Assembly: GCF_000260965.1 (NCBI RefSeq)
Contig: NC_017856.1
Span: 2,580,001 to 2,612,000 of the forward strand
Direction of reading: 5' to 3'
Length of the DNA stretch: 32,000 nt
DNA from: Methylophaga frappieri
GTDB taxonomy: Bacteria; Pseudomonadota; Gammaproteobacteria; Nitrosococcales; Methylophagaceae
The notes under the pieces were generated by a model that was given only the letters and a program-made list of their open reading frames with translations, searched no databases and was not told the DNA's origin. Numbering within the stretch: the stretch's first letter is position 1; each line of letters opens with the position of its first letter. Below, piece by piece: positions 10,271-18,431 of this stretch. The translations under genes and the position numbers were made by a program.

Positions 10271-10516
10271 TTAAGCTTTACCGTAGCGTTGTTTAAATTG
10301 TGCCACCCGACCTTCGGATTTGTTTTGTTGCTGCTGGCCGGTATAAACCGGATGTGAGGCACTGGAAATATCCAGATTAATCAGCGGATAGGTTTTACCG
10401 TCTTGCCAAACAATCGTTTCAGTCGATGTACACGTGGAACGAATGCGAAAGGTTTCGCCACAGCTGACATCGCGAAATACCACGTAATCGTAATCTGGGT
10501 GGATATCTTTTCTCAT
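10271..10516 (-). CDS. ykgM: 50S ribosomal protein L31 type B (zinc-independent paralogue)
   Basis: MRKDIHPDYDYVVFRDVSCGETFRIRST...ISSASHPVYTG...GRVAQFKQRYG matches the L31 signature and lacks the CxxC zinc knuckle. A GAGGA SD precedes the ATG at 10516; the ORF is open to 10528. Confidence 0.9.
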   Translation of the reverse strand: MRKDIHPDYDYVVFRDVSCGETFRIRSTCTSTETIVWQDGKTYPLINLDISSASHPVYTGQQQQNKSEGRVAQFKQRYGKA

Positions 10517-10528
10517 AACTTTCCTCAT

Positions 10529-10551
10529 AAATGATATGGTGTATCGTATCT
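10529..10551. promoter_or_regulatory. Candidate (degenerate) Zur box in the ykgM promoter region
   Basis: AAATGATATGGTGTATCGTATCT matches about 15 of 22 positions of the gammaproteobacterial Zur consensus aAATGTTATAaTATAACATTTc by eye. It contains GATA-N5-TATC and sits immediately upstream of ykgM. ykgM/ykgO are canonical Zur targets. Confidence 0.3.
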
Positions 10552-10689
10552 AAATAAGATTAAAACGCATTCTCAACAAGAAGTAAAGTGCGTCGATGGT
10601 TTTACAATAAAAACGCCATATTTTTGGGCAGGCTTTGTGTTAAATTAAGCGGTTTTTTCCGCTTACCCCGCAGGATCAAGCCAACAAAT

Positions 10690-11856
10690 ATGACAGCCTA
10701 TTCTCCTTACAAATTACACTGGGTGATTTTTGCTTTAGCAATCGGTAGTTTTTGTATCGGCACAACTGAATTTGTCGCAATGGGGCTGGTTCAGGAAATT
10801 GCTTCAGATCTGATGGTATCGATTCCATCAGCAGGACATTTTATTACCGCTTATGCCTTAGGCGTAACCGTTGGCGCGCCTGTTCTGGCAATTTTGGGTG
10901 CTAAATTGCCACGTAAAAGCATGTTGATTGGTCTGATGATATTTTATGGGCTCACAAATGCATTTACGGCGCTGGCGACAACGCCTGAGTCAATGTTAAT
11001 CAGTCGATTTGTCGCTGGTTTACCGCATGGTGCTTACTTTGGTATTGCTTCACTGGTTGCCGCCGATCTGGCCGGTCAACATCGACGCGCGACTGCCATT
11101 GCACGCGTCATGATGGGCTTAACGTTAGCAAACGTTATTGGGGTACCATTCGCCACTTGGTTAGGCCAAACATTTGGTTGGCGGGCAGGGTTTGAGTTTT
11201 CAGCGATGATTGCACTACTGACTATCTTGGCGATCAGTTTTTTTGTTCCGAAAATAAAGCCATCAGCGACATCAAGTATGCGTGCAGAAATAGCCGGATT
11301 TAAAAATATTAATATGTGGTTGACGCTTGCGATTGGTGCCATCGGATTCGGGGGAATGTTTTCGGTATATAGCTACGCCTCACCAATACTCACAGAATAT
11401 ACAGGGGCGAGTATTAAGGTGGTGCCTTTGGCTTTGGCGATTTTTGGTACGGGCATGGTGATCGGTGGCTTAGTTGCAGGGTGGTTAGCCGATAAACATT
11501 TGAACAGAACGATTCTGGCCGTTCTCAGCAGTTCAGCGGTTGCCTTTATCATTGCAGCATTCAGTATGACGCAGTTATACAGCGCGATGACGGCCTTGTT
11601 TCTCATTGGTTTTACGGTAACAGGGCTCGCGGGTGTCTTACAGATACGATTGATTGATGTGGCTGGTGATTCACAGGCGTTGGCTGCATCGCTAAACCAT
11701 TCGGCCTTTAATGTTGCCAATGCTTTAGGTGCTTTTTTAGGTGGTTTTGTTATCAGTCATCAATTGGGATGGATTGCGCCGATTTGGGTGGGGCTAGCCC
11801 TCAGTTTATCGGGGTTGCTCTTGTTCAAGTTAGCTTTAACAGTTGAAGTGCGGTGA
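10690..11856 (+). CDS. MFS transporter, DHA1 family (YdhP-like)
   Basis: About 12 TM segments. LAIGSFCIGTTEFVAMGL...SIPSAGHFITAYALGVTVGAPVL...GLTLANVIGVPFATWLGQTFGWR is collinear with E. coli YdhP. I chose the start at MTAYSPYK; the ORF is open to 10588. Confidence 0.88.
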   Translation: MTAYSPYKLHWVIFALAIGSFCIGTTEFVAMGLVQEIASDLMVSIPSAGHFITAYALGVTVGAPVLAILGAKLPRKSMLIGLMIFYGLTNAFTALATTPESMLISRFVAGLPHGAYFGIASLVAADLAGQHRRATAIARVMMGLTLANVIGVPFATWLGQTFGWRAGFEFSAMIALLTILAISFFVPKIKPSATSSMRAEIAGFKNINMWLTLAIGAIGFGGMFSVYSYASPILTEYTGASIKVVPLALAIFGTGMVIGGLVAGWLADKHLNRTILAVLSSSAVAFIIAAFSMTQLYSAMTALFLIGFTVTGLAGVLQIRLIDVAGDSQALAASLNHSAFNVANALGAFLGGFVISHQLGWIAPIWVGLALSLSGLLLFKLALTVEVR

Positions 11857-11888
11857 GCATTATTTTTTCAATAAGTTATTACGCGCTT

Positions 11889-12341
11889 TTAATTAATCGT
11901 ACTTAGACTGCGGCAACCCATCCGAAAAAAACTATCAACAGGCTTGTATTCAAGGCGTGTTTCATTGGCATTTTTGTAGCTGAGCGCGTTATTTTGAAAT
12001 GAAACATCGGTATAAGTAACGGAGGAAGTTGGATCTAACGCTTTCGTACCATTGTAGTTTTCCTGGGTTTCCGGTTTGTCGATCAGTGAGCTTTTTTCTA
12101 GTTGCCAAGTCCCCATTTCTCTTTCAACCCATGTCAAAATCATGCCAGTGCAAGTAATTGACGTCGCAACATAGGTATGATCATCCATCCGTTTTACCAG
12201 CTGTTTGGTGGTTTCATTACTGCCATCATAATCGATGGCATACCATGTACCGACTAATTGATCATGGGTCGGATCAGCAGAGACTGCCAAGGGCAGGCAA
12301 GCTAACGACAGAGCGATGACCGTTGTTTTAAGTGACGTCAT
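11889..12341 (-). CDS. Secreted hypothetical protein, possibly a lipocalin-like beta-barrel
   Basis: N-terminal signal peptide (MTSLKTTVIALSLACLPLAVSA/DP). A GTW motif (LVGTWYAIDYDG) near the mature N-terminus and beta-rich composition. No family was recognised. Confidence 0.6.
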   Translation of the reverse strand: MTSLKTTVIALSLACLPLAVSADPTHDQLVGTWYAIDYDGSNETTKQLVKRMDDHTYVATSITCTGMILTWVEREMGTWQLEKSSLIDKPETQENYNGTKALDPTSSVTYTDVSFQNNALSYKNANETRLEYKPVDSFFRMGCRSLSTIN

Positions 12342-12493
12342 TATCTTCTTCCTTTGCGTTTCGGTTTGAGCGCAAACTCAGATTCAGAAAGCGCGTTAAC
12401 ATTAAATTAAGTATGAAAATTCGCTTTTAAAACTTTGTTTTTATGCTGATTTAAGACACAATTGGCCTCGCCAAGTTCCTGTTTTCGTGTTGG

Positions 12494-13279
12494 TTATGGC
12501 TGATATTCTGATGCAGGAATCCTGACTCGACATTGAGGGAAGCTGGCGCAGCCCCAGAATCGCTGACCTTTGTTGATGCCTTTTTTGGTCTCGCGCAGTA
12601 CCAAAGTGCCGCCACATTTTGGGCAGGGCTTGGTCGGATTTTTCGTGTTAACGATAGTTTGGACATGTTTGATATGTTCACGGTGAGTCTTCAACGTTCT
12701 GGCCAGTCGACCCTGTTCAATCGTCTGCTTGATGTCAATGACTTGAGCCCGGCTGAGCACGGTTTCCGTTCTGTTTAGGATAAATCGGATATAGCCCATG
12801 CCGTAAGTGACATTATCTGGCATAGGCGTTTTAAATTCGCTGTTACCAATGAACACCACGAGAGAATGAACCTGCGTGTCATCCAAGCCCAGCAGTGACT
12901 GTAGGGTTTTCGTGTGTTTGTAATTCTGATGAAGCGGATTTTGAAATTGGTGGGTGTGTTTATAAATTTTCTGCGTCCACATTCGTTGACGTTCACTGCC
13001 ATAAATCCAGCCACGAAGATTTTTCGTTTCAACGACAAAGACGCCATAAACCGACACAATGATGTGATCAATTTGTGTTGTGCCATTTTGGGTTGGCAAG
13101 GTGACATTTTTGATCAGGTGGTAAACCATTTTATCCAGCTTCCATCTGGCCAAAATATTGATAATAAACTCGCCCAACACGCCTTTAAACCAACGTGACT
13201 GAATGATCGCCGCAAAGAGAAAAAACGGGAGCACATACCAGAGTGACCAAAGTGATTGCAGTATGAGTGAAAAATCCAT
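12494..13279 (-). CDS. NERD (nuclease-related domain) protein with a C-terminal topoisomerase-type C4 zinc finger
   Basis: An N-terminal TM helix, then YHLIKNVTLP...TQIDHIIVSVYGVFVVETKN (NERD core). The C-terminal CPKCGGTLVLRE...RFWGCASFPQC is a zf-C4 Topo-like motif. Confidence 0.8.
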   Translation of the reverse strand: MDFSLILQSLWSLWYVLPFFLFAAIIQSRWFKGVLGEFIINILARWKLDKMVYHLIKNVTLPTQNGTTQIDHIIVSVYGVFVVETKNLRGWIYGSERQRMWTQKIYKHTHQFQNPLHQNYKHTKTLQSLLGLDDTQVHSLVVFIGNSEFKTPMPDNVTYGMGYIRFILNRTETVLSRAQVIDIKQTIEQGRLARTLKTHREHIKHVQTIVNTKNPTKPCPKCGGTLVLRETKKGINKGQRFWGCASFPQCRVRIPASEYQP

Positions 13280-13447
13280 TTACCAAGTCCTTGAGCGCAT
13301 TTATCTATCAGTTTGGCAGAGACTCTCTTTATACCTGAAGCCGTGAAGTTACGTTGTTATTTGAAATGATTTTGTTGATAGGCGGTAAAAGAAAGGCGTA
13401 GATTGTTTATGTTTGTATAGCTGTTAAATCGCGAAAAGGAAAGCAAA

Positions 13448-13639
13448 ATGCAAAAGGGGTTAAAAAAACAATTACTCAAATTTTTCAAGTTTTTGCTTGT
13501 CGGGCTACTGTTGATTATTGTCCTCATCCTCACCGGAGAACAGCTTAACGTTGTCGAGATCATGATACTCGGTATCACACCTTACCTTTTGTATCTCATT
13601 TATATGGCCGTTAATCGCTCAATTCTGCGCAAGAAATAG
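13448..13639 (+). CDS. Small hypothetical membrane protein (63 aa, 2 predicted TM)
   Basis: An AAGGA SD lies upstream of the ATG, and there are two hydrophobic stretches. No homology was recognised. Confidence 0.4.
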   Translation: MQKGLKKQLLKFFKFLLVGLLLIIVLILTGEQLNVVEIMILGITPYLLYLIYMAVNRSILRKK

Positions 13640-13885
13640 TCATGAAATTCCATGTTTAAAACCTAGAATTAATATGCATAAAAAGTGTCAAATCATTGTT
13701 TTTATTTGGTTTAATGAAATTAAATGATTGCCGCCAATACGCGAAATCTGGCATGTAAAAAAGAGATGTTTTTTGTGTGGACTTGCCTGTAAAATTCGCA
13801 ACGTTGGTGTCTGTTCAAGAGCACCCTATAACGAGTTGCCTGCCGCAATGATCCGCTTCTATCTTCACTTTGATCTTCTGCTTAC

Positions 13886-15721
13886 ATGAAACCGCTTCTT
13901 TGGCTGGTTTGTGTCTTTTTCAGTTCAAACGTGTTGGCTGCGGGCGAAGTGGAAATTCCTTTATTGGCCGAAACTGCCCATTTACAGAAGGCAATAGCTC
14001 AGGTCCTGGAGCTTGATGACAGCGGTACCAGCATACTGCGTAATGATAAATGCAGTCGTATCGCGCTATCTGAGGTAATGACAAGCATGATGGAGAGCAA
14101 TCTGTCTCTGGACATGGCCGTCACCGTGACAACCGGCGCTTATGTTCTTGGTGCGTGTCGTGGTTTAAAGCCCTGGAAAGGTCGTCTAGCTTTAAAAATG
14201 ACGCCGCAAGTCACTGCCTCCGGCTTGGCGATAGCATTTGTGCCTGAATCGATTGAATTATCGCGTCCAGATGGCAGTCGTGGCCTGTTAAGCAAACCGG
14301 CAAAACTGATGACAGATGCCTTACTTTTGCCACGTATAAAGCGCGTACAGATTGATTTAGCTGAGCCACTCAATAGCCTCGATAATCTAATCGAGCAATC
14401 ACTCTGGGCAGGGCGTGAACAAACACTGGTCCAGCGTACCCGCATTAGTCATATTCAAACCGAAGCAACTGGTATCAAAGCCTGGTTGGCTTTTCAGGTT
14501 CGCGCACCAGAACCAAGAGAACCTATTTCAGAACCCAGTCTTGATGACGACGAGTTAGCGCAATGGCTAACACTTGAAGATGAACTGGATGGTTTTTTAA
14601 CCACCATTATTACCACCTTGGCACAGTCAACCTATTCGCAAACGTTACGCCTGGAATTACTTGCGATCTTGCTGGACGCACGTCATGCCATTGCCGAGGC
14701 ATTAACGGTTGATGATGCTGAGCGGGATCCAGTTCGCGAACTGTTTCTGACCACATGGGAACGGTTACGGCCACTGATGAGTGAACTCGAAGGACTGGAA
14801 ACACCGGGGCTGGAAAATGATTTCAGACTTGCGGCATTCATCGCTGGCGGCGATGTATTGCGGGCATTGGATGCGCTTGGGCCGGAGTATGGACTGGAAA
14901 TTACCCGTGATGGCCTGCGCGGACTCGCCCGTTTGTTGTTGGCAGAAGGGGCACCACCGAGTTTTACACCATTGCCTTTAGAGGTTGATCCGACTTTTCG
15001 TGATCTTTTTGGCTTAAATCAAACAACACAACCTCAAGTTATCACAACGGCAATAAGCCAACAGATTGCCAGTGGATTTGACCGCGTCGGTGCCTGGTTG
15101 TTTCCAGCGGCCCATGCAGAAGATATTTCGCCAGCCGAGGCCCTGAAAGGGCGTGTTCCGCATACAGATAATCTGACGGAATATCTCGAATTAGTCGCCA
15201 AATTATTGGAACAGCAAGCGGAAGCATGGTTAGCCGACAATAATAAAATACCGGACAGATTAACCGCGCGACTGGATCCTTTAGTCAGAGCCACTGCCTG
15301 GAAAGAATCCTGCTGGCGACAGTTGGTTGGTTCCAGTAATGAGCCACAAGTGCTGCGTTCATCAGGTGGGGCAGTCGGCATGATGCAGATTAACGGACGG
15401 GTTTGGCGGCAGGTTTATGACCTGGATCGACTGGTGGCTGAAGTCGATTACAACGTCAATGCGGGTATCGATATCCTGACGCATTACCTGGTTGATTATG
15501 CGATTCGGCGGGGCGAGCATGAACTACCCGGCGGCGATGATAATTTAATTAAGGCCACCTATGCCGCCTACAACGGCGGTCCGGGACATTTGGCGCGCTA
15601 CCGTCGCGACGATACAGCCTCGTCTTTGAAGGCTATTGACAATGCGTTCTGGCAATATTACACGGCTATGACGGTCGAAAAATGGCCGGAAGTCTCAAGC
15701 TGCTACACAGGCAGTAATTAA
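13886..15721 (+). CDS. Secreted protein with a C-terminal lytic transglycosylase (SLT/GH23) domain
   Basis: Signal peptide MKPLLWLVCVFFSSNVLA/AG. The C-terminal part carries ATAWKESCWRQ (catalytic Glu), GAVGMMQINGRVW and AAYNGGPG, which are SLT signatures. The N-terminal ~450 aa are uncharacterised. Confidence 0.85.
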   Translation: MKPLLWLVCVFFSSNVLAAGEVEIPLLAETAHLQKAIAQVLELDDSGTSILRNDKCSRIALSEVMTSMMESNLSLDMAVTVTTGAYVLGACRGLKPWKGRLALKMTPQVTASGLAIAFVPESIELSRPDGSRGLLSKPAKLMTDALLLPRIKRVQIDLAEPLNSLDNLIEQSLWAGREQTLVQRTRISHIQTEATGIKAWLAFQVRAPEPREPISEPSLDDDELAQWLTLEDELDGFLTTIITTLAQSTYSQTLRLELLAILLDARHAIAEALTVDDAERDPVRELFLTTWERLRPLMSELEGLETPGLENDFRLAAFIAGGDVLRALDALGPEYGLEITRDGLRGLARLLLAEGAPPSFTPLPLEVDPTFRDLFGLNQTTQPQVITTAISQQIASGFDRVGAWLFPAAHAEDISPAEALKGRVPHTDNLTEYLELVAKLLEQQAEAWLADNNKIPDRLTARLDPLVRATAWKESCWRQLVGSSNEPQVLRSSGGAVGMMQINGRVWRQVYDLDRLVAEVDYNVNAGIDILTHYLVDYAIRRGEHELPGGDDNLIKATYAAYNGGPGHLARYRRDDTASSLKAIDNAFWQYYTAMTVEKWPEVSSCYTGSN

Positions 15722-15758
15722 TAAGTAGGTGACCTCAATATCTCATGAGTGCCAACAC

Positions 15759-15787
15759 AAAAAAGCCGACGTTATGTCGGCTTTTTA
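15759..15787. terminator. Bidirectional rho-independent terminator
   Basis: AAAAAGCCGAC-GTTAT-GTCGGCTTTTT lies between the convergent stops at 15721 (+) and 15811 (-). Confidence 0.75.
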
Positions 15788-15810
15788 GCTAGCGGATCAA
15801 TAACTTCAAC

Positions 15811-16101
15811 TTAATTTGGGTTGTAGTCATCAAAACGCTCAATATATTCCTCGAAGTTCTGATTCATCATCTCTGCATAACGCTGAGCGAAGTACTCGAT
15901 GATTTTTTGTTTTTCCTCTTTTAACTTCTCAACATCATCAAACTGACGCACAGTGCTAAACACATTAAAACGTGCAGCAGAGAAGAGGAGTGCGGTATTC
16001 ACATTTTCCACTTCAGTCTCTGCATGCTGCTGGTTTGCAACGTTAATAAACTCATCACAACGTTCTTGGAAGGTTTTTTTAGCAGGGGCATTTTCGCTCA
16101 T
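15811..16101 (-). CDS. DUF3144-like small cytoplasmic protein
   Basis: 96 aa. F.ERCDEFINVANQQ...NTALLFSAARFNVF resembles, from memory, the DUF3144 pattern (F..RAD.FI.LAN...........AARFNA). Confidence 0.6.
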   Translation of the reverse strand: MSENAPAKKTFQERCDEFINVANQQHAETEVENVNTALLFSAARFNVFSTVRQFDDVEKLKEEKQKIIEYFAQRYAEMMNQNFEEYIERFDDYNPN

Positions 16102-16137
16102 ATTCTCCCTCGTTCTTAATTGAATTATGGGGCTTGA

Positions 16138-16488
16138 TTAGCCGAAAATTGATTTCAGGCGGTTGATCGTAATCTTTACGCGGCTTAATAAGCATTTCAC
16201 AAAATTACCATTGGCGTGCTTGAAGTGCTTTTTAAAGGGTCTTTTTACTTCCCACGTGCCTTTAAAACCATTCGGAAAAATCACCAAGTCACCGGCTTTA
16301 AAGGTCACGGCAGGACTGCCATCTTCAGGCGTCATCACGCATTCGCCTTCCAGAATATAGGCATACTCGGTAGTGATGAATTTCCAAGGAAAAACAGAGA
16401 CTTCTTTCTGCCAGGTTGGCCAGTGTTTGACGCCGAGTTTTTTCAATTGTGCTTCGCTAGGATTACTCTCTACGGTGATGGGTTTCAT
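16138..16488 (-). CDS. Cupin domain protein (cupin_3/DUF861-like)
   Basis: 116 aa. WPTWQKEVSVFPWKF...EYAYILEGECVMTPEDG....FKAGDLVIFPNGFKGTWEV...KKHF is a typical single-domain cupin_3 pattern. Confidence 0.8.
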   Translation of the reverse strand: MKPITVESNPSEAQLKKLGVKHWPTWQKEVSVFPWKFITTEYAYILEGECVMTPEDGSPAVTFKAGDLVIFPNGFKGTWEVKRPFKKHFKHANGNFVKCLLSRVKITINRLKSIFG

Positions 16489-16590
16489 TTGATTTCCTGA
16501 TACATTTCATATCGCCGGTCGATATGATTTCAGGGGAAGTAGGGTACGGGATCAGCGCTCATTTTCATAGGCAAGTCAATGAAACAAGGC

Positions 16591-16616
16591 AGGTTGGGCT
16601 GACGCAGGAAGCCCAA
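16591..16616 (+). repeat. REP element (singlet)
   Basis: AGGTTGGGCTGACGCAGGAAGCCCAA has an internal stem TTGGGCT/AGCCCAA. It belongs to the same family as the copies at 17384 and 17454. Confidence 0.6.
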
Positions 16617-16647
16617 ATTGATGTGATAATCAAGGCTTGAATAAAGA

Positions 16648-16839
16648 CTAAGAAAAGTAGTGATAAAGAAAGTAAACGTTATAAATGAGTATCATGGGCA
16701 CGGCAATCATATCGATGCTTTTCGACTGTCTGCTATTCATGGTGATGCGGCCTGACCTTACAAAATAATATTTTTTGAGAAGCAGCGCGAAGCCGGGCAT
16801 GATGAAAAAAATCAATGTCATCCATAAGTGAAGGCTCAA
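16648..16839 (-). CDS. Possible small membrane protein (63 aa); may be spurious
   Basis: Two hydrophobic segments, no convincing SD and AT-rich sequence. It lies between REP and the RayT remnant. Confidence 0.25.
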   Translation of the reverse strand: MSLHLWMTLIFFIMPGFALLLKKYYFVRSGRITMNSRQSKSIDMIAVPMILIYNVYFLYHYFS

Positions 16840-16876
16840 TGTGTATTCTCCTGAAAAATTACCAAATCAATACAAC

Positions 16877-17312
16877 TCACGGCTCACCAAAAAATACCTC
16901 ATCAACAACGTCTCCAACGCTCCAATCAGGACTTAGCAGACCCTTTCTCATGTACCGATGAATGCTTGAATAGGGCCATTCAGCGGCGTTGCCAAATGCC
17001 ACGTTCACGTTTGAGCACACGGCTTGGCTTGAGCGGTTCGGTCTTGGCTAGGGCGCGTGAAAACGCCGATTTGATTAACATCCAACGTTTGGAAAAATTG
17101 GCATCGCCATCAGGCATAGTCCAGAGTGCATGTATATGATCGGGCAGGATCACCATTGCATCAATATAGAAGGGATGGCGTTGTTTGACGCTACGCATGC
17201 ATCGGCGCAGCAAAGAAATATGATCGGTTAAAAGCGATTCTTGCCGGTCAAGCAGATTAACCGTAAAGAAATAAGTGGCACCCGCCACATCAGCACGTCG
17301 ATAACGCATCAT
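16877..17312 (-). pseudogene. REP-associated tyrosine transposase (RayT/TnpA-REP, IS200/IS605 Y1 family), disrupted by an internal deletion plus frameshift
   Basis: The N-terminal part is intact to ...ILPDHIHALW (HUH motif)...RGIWQRR, then a stop at 16980. Read in another frame immediately downstream, the sequence gives EWPYSSIHRYMRKGLLSPDWSVGDVVDEVFFGEP*. That is the usual C-terminus of this family. The ~35 aa in between (F/WEH.IRD......Y(I/V)H.NP.K, which carries the catalytic Tyr) are missing. Confidence 0.75.
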
Positions 17313-17383
17313 TCACAATCCTTGTGAAAGCTTAAAAGTCTTTCTCAAATTTATCAGCCCAACATCAAACCTGCAAAACCATG

Positions 17384-17482
17384 TAGGTTGGGCTGAAGCA
17401 TGAAGCCCAACGTGGGGTTAGGATCCAAAGCTTAGGATCGATTTGTTTTGATTGTTGGGCTTCGTACCTCAGCCCAACCTAC
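17384..17482. repeat. REPIN-like inverted pair of REP elements
   Basis: 17384-17411 reads TAGGTTGGGCTGAAGCATGAAGCCCAAC. The reverse complement of 17454-17482 reads GTAGGTTGGGCTGAGGTACGAAGCCCAA. The two inverted copies are 42 nt apart and lie directly upstream of the RayT remnant. Confidence 0.65.
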
Positions 17483-17687
17483 CTTGCTAGGTTAAACATA
17501 TCGCATCGTGACAGGATGTGCAAAATCGGCATGGAAGAGCTAACTGTTGTCAGCGCTGGGAGTAGCTTACATTGCCCTGATATAGAACAAATCAAGGGGC
17601 AGCTTACTCTATAGTTCTATGACATCAGAGAGCGCTTCTTGAGCTGTTGTGTTTCATGTTGGCTGAACCCTTGATTCCTGTTTTTGG

Positions 17688-18290
17688 TTATTTATAAATT
17701 ATTTTATCTATTAGACCTAATCGTATTTTATTTGCTTTTTTTGATTGAGCGTCAACAAACACAACCCAGTCACTATTTATTAATAATATTTCTGACTCAA
17801 TTACTTTTCCTTCCATGTGTATCTCTGCTCGTGGTTGTTGCGGTCCACCCAAATATGAAGGGATCTTAGGATATATGGTATCTGAAAATTTAAGGCACAA
17901 CATGGTTGTCATTACCCCAATTGCGATAAAGCCCAAGATGATTTTCATAGTTGTTTGAGTTTTCTCGTCAGAGTTTTCGTCAAGGTAAGGTGGATCAACA
18001 CCATATTTATGGTCAACTTGCGAGAGAGACACTCCAACCAGACCGAAAACTATGAAGATGTTAAAAATGATAATTGATTTTAGATCAGGTTCTTGACTAG
18101 CTTGAAATATAAATATCAGAACTGATGGGACAGATATTATTCTAATAATACTTCTAGTTATTTTTTGTCCGGTGCCGTTCCCGACAGTCATCATCCCAAT
18201 CAAATCATGTAATGTAAAAGTTACTACGAATATTGATAGATACCCATGATTTTTAAGTATTAATTGAATAGCCACCGATTCATTAGACAC
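17688..18290 (-). CDS. Hypothetical integral membrane protein (about 4 TM plus a small C-terminal soluble domain)
   Basis: Several hydrophobic helices in a very AT-rich gene. The only start at the 5' end of the ORF is GTG, so the start is uncertain. No family was recognised. Confidence 0.5.
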   Translation of the reverse strand: MSNESVAIQLILKNHGYLSIFVVTFTLHDLIGMMTVGNGTGQKITRSIIRIISVPSVLIFIFQASQEPDLKSIIIFNIFIVFGLVGVSLSQVDHKYGVDPPYLDENSDEKTQTTMKIILGFIAIGVMTTMLCLKFSDTIYPKIPSYLGGPQQPRAEIHMEGKVIESEILLINSDWVVFVDAQSKKANKIRLGLIDKIIYK

Positions 18291-18333
18291 TTATCAGGTT
18301 TCATACTACAAAAGTAACTGGTTCCCAGTTGCA

Positions 18334-18352
18334 GTGTAACTGTTACTAACTT
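18334..18352 (+). promoter_or_regulatory. Cluster motif copy A (GTGTAACTGTTACTAACTT), upstream of the protease gene at 18432
   Basis: Exact 19-mer, identical to 30625-30643. A degenerate tandem copy (aaGTAACTGGTTCCCAGTT) lies at 18312-18330, with the two GTAAC pentamers 22 bp apart. Confidence 0.6.
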
Positions 18353-18431
18353 AATTTCTTACTCCAATCTGAGCATAGTGTAATTACGCAATTTTAATGT
18401 AACTCTATGATTAGAGCTTGGAGGCCTAAAG

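Noticed and set aside
11076-11720. Antisense ORFs 11076..11342 and 11373..11720 within the MFS transporter gene
   Set aside because: They are typical shadow ORFs opposite a hydrophobic membrane-protein gene, with no independent support.
12451-13198. ORFs 12451..12681, 12533..12778, 12775..13107 and 12914..13198 overlapping the NERD gene
   Set aside because: All overlap the 261-aa NERD/zinc-finger ORF, which has clear family motifs. None has motifs of its own.
14140-15381. Antisense and alternative-frame ORFs inside the lytic transglycosylase gene (14140..14445, 14610..14804, 14781..14981, 15034..15381, 15042..15227)
   Set aside because: They are shadow ORFs in a relatively GC-rich gene. The 611-aa frame has a signal peptide and SLT motifs.
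17483-17687. A possible tRNA fragment, att site or small RNA between the REPIN and the first cluster gene
   Set aside because: I could not fold a cloverleaf or find direct repeats matching elsewhere in the window. No integrase is present. This stays unresolved and is not supported.
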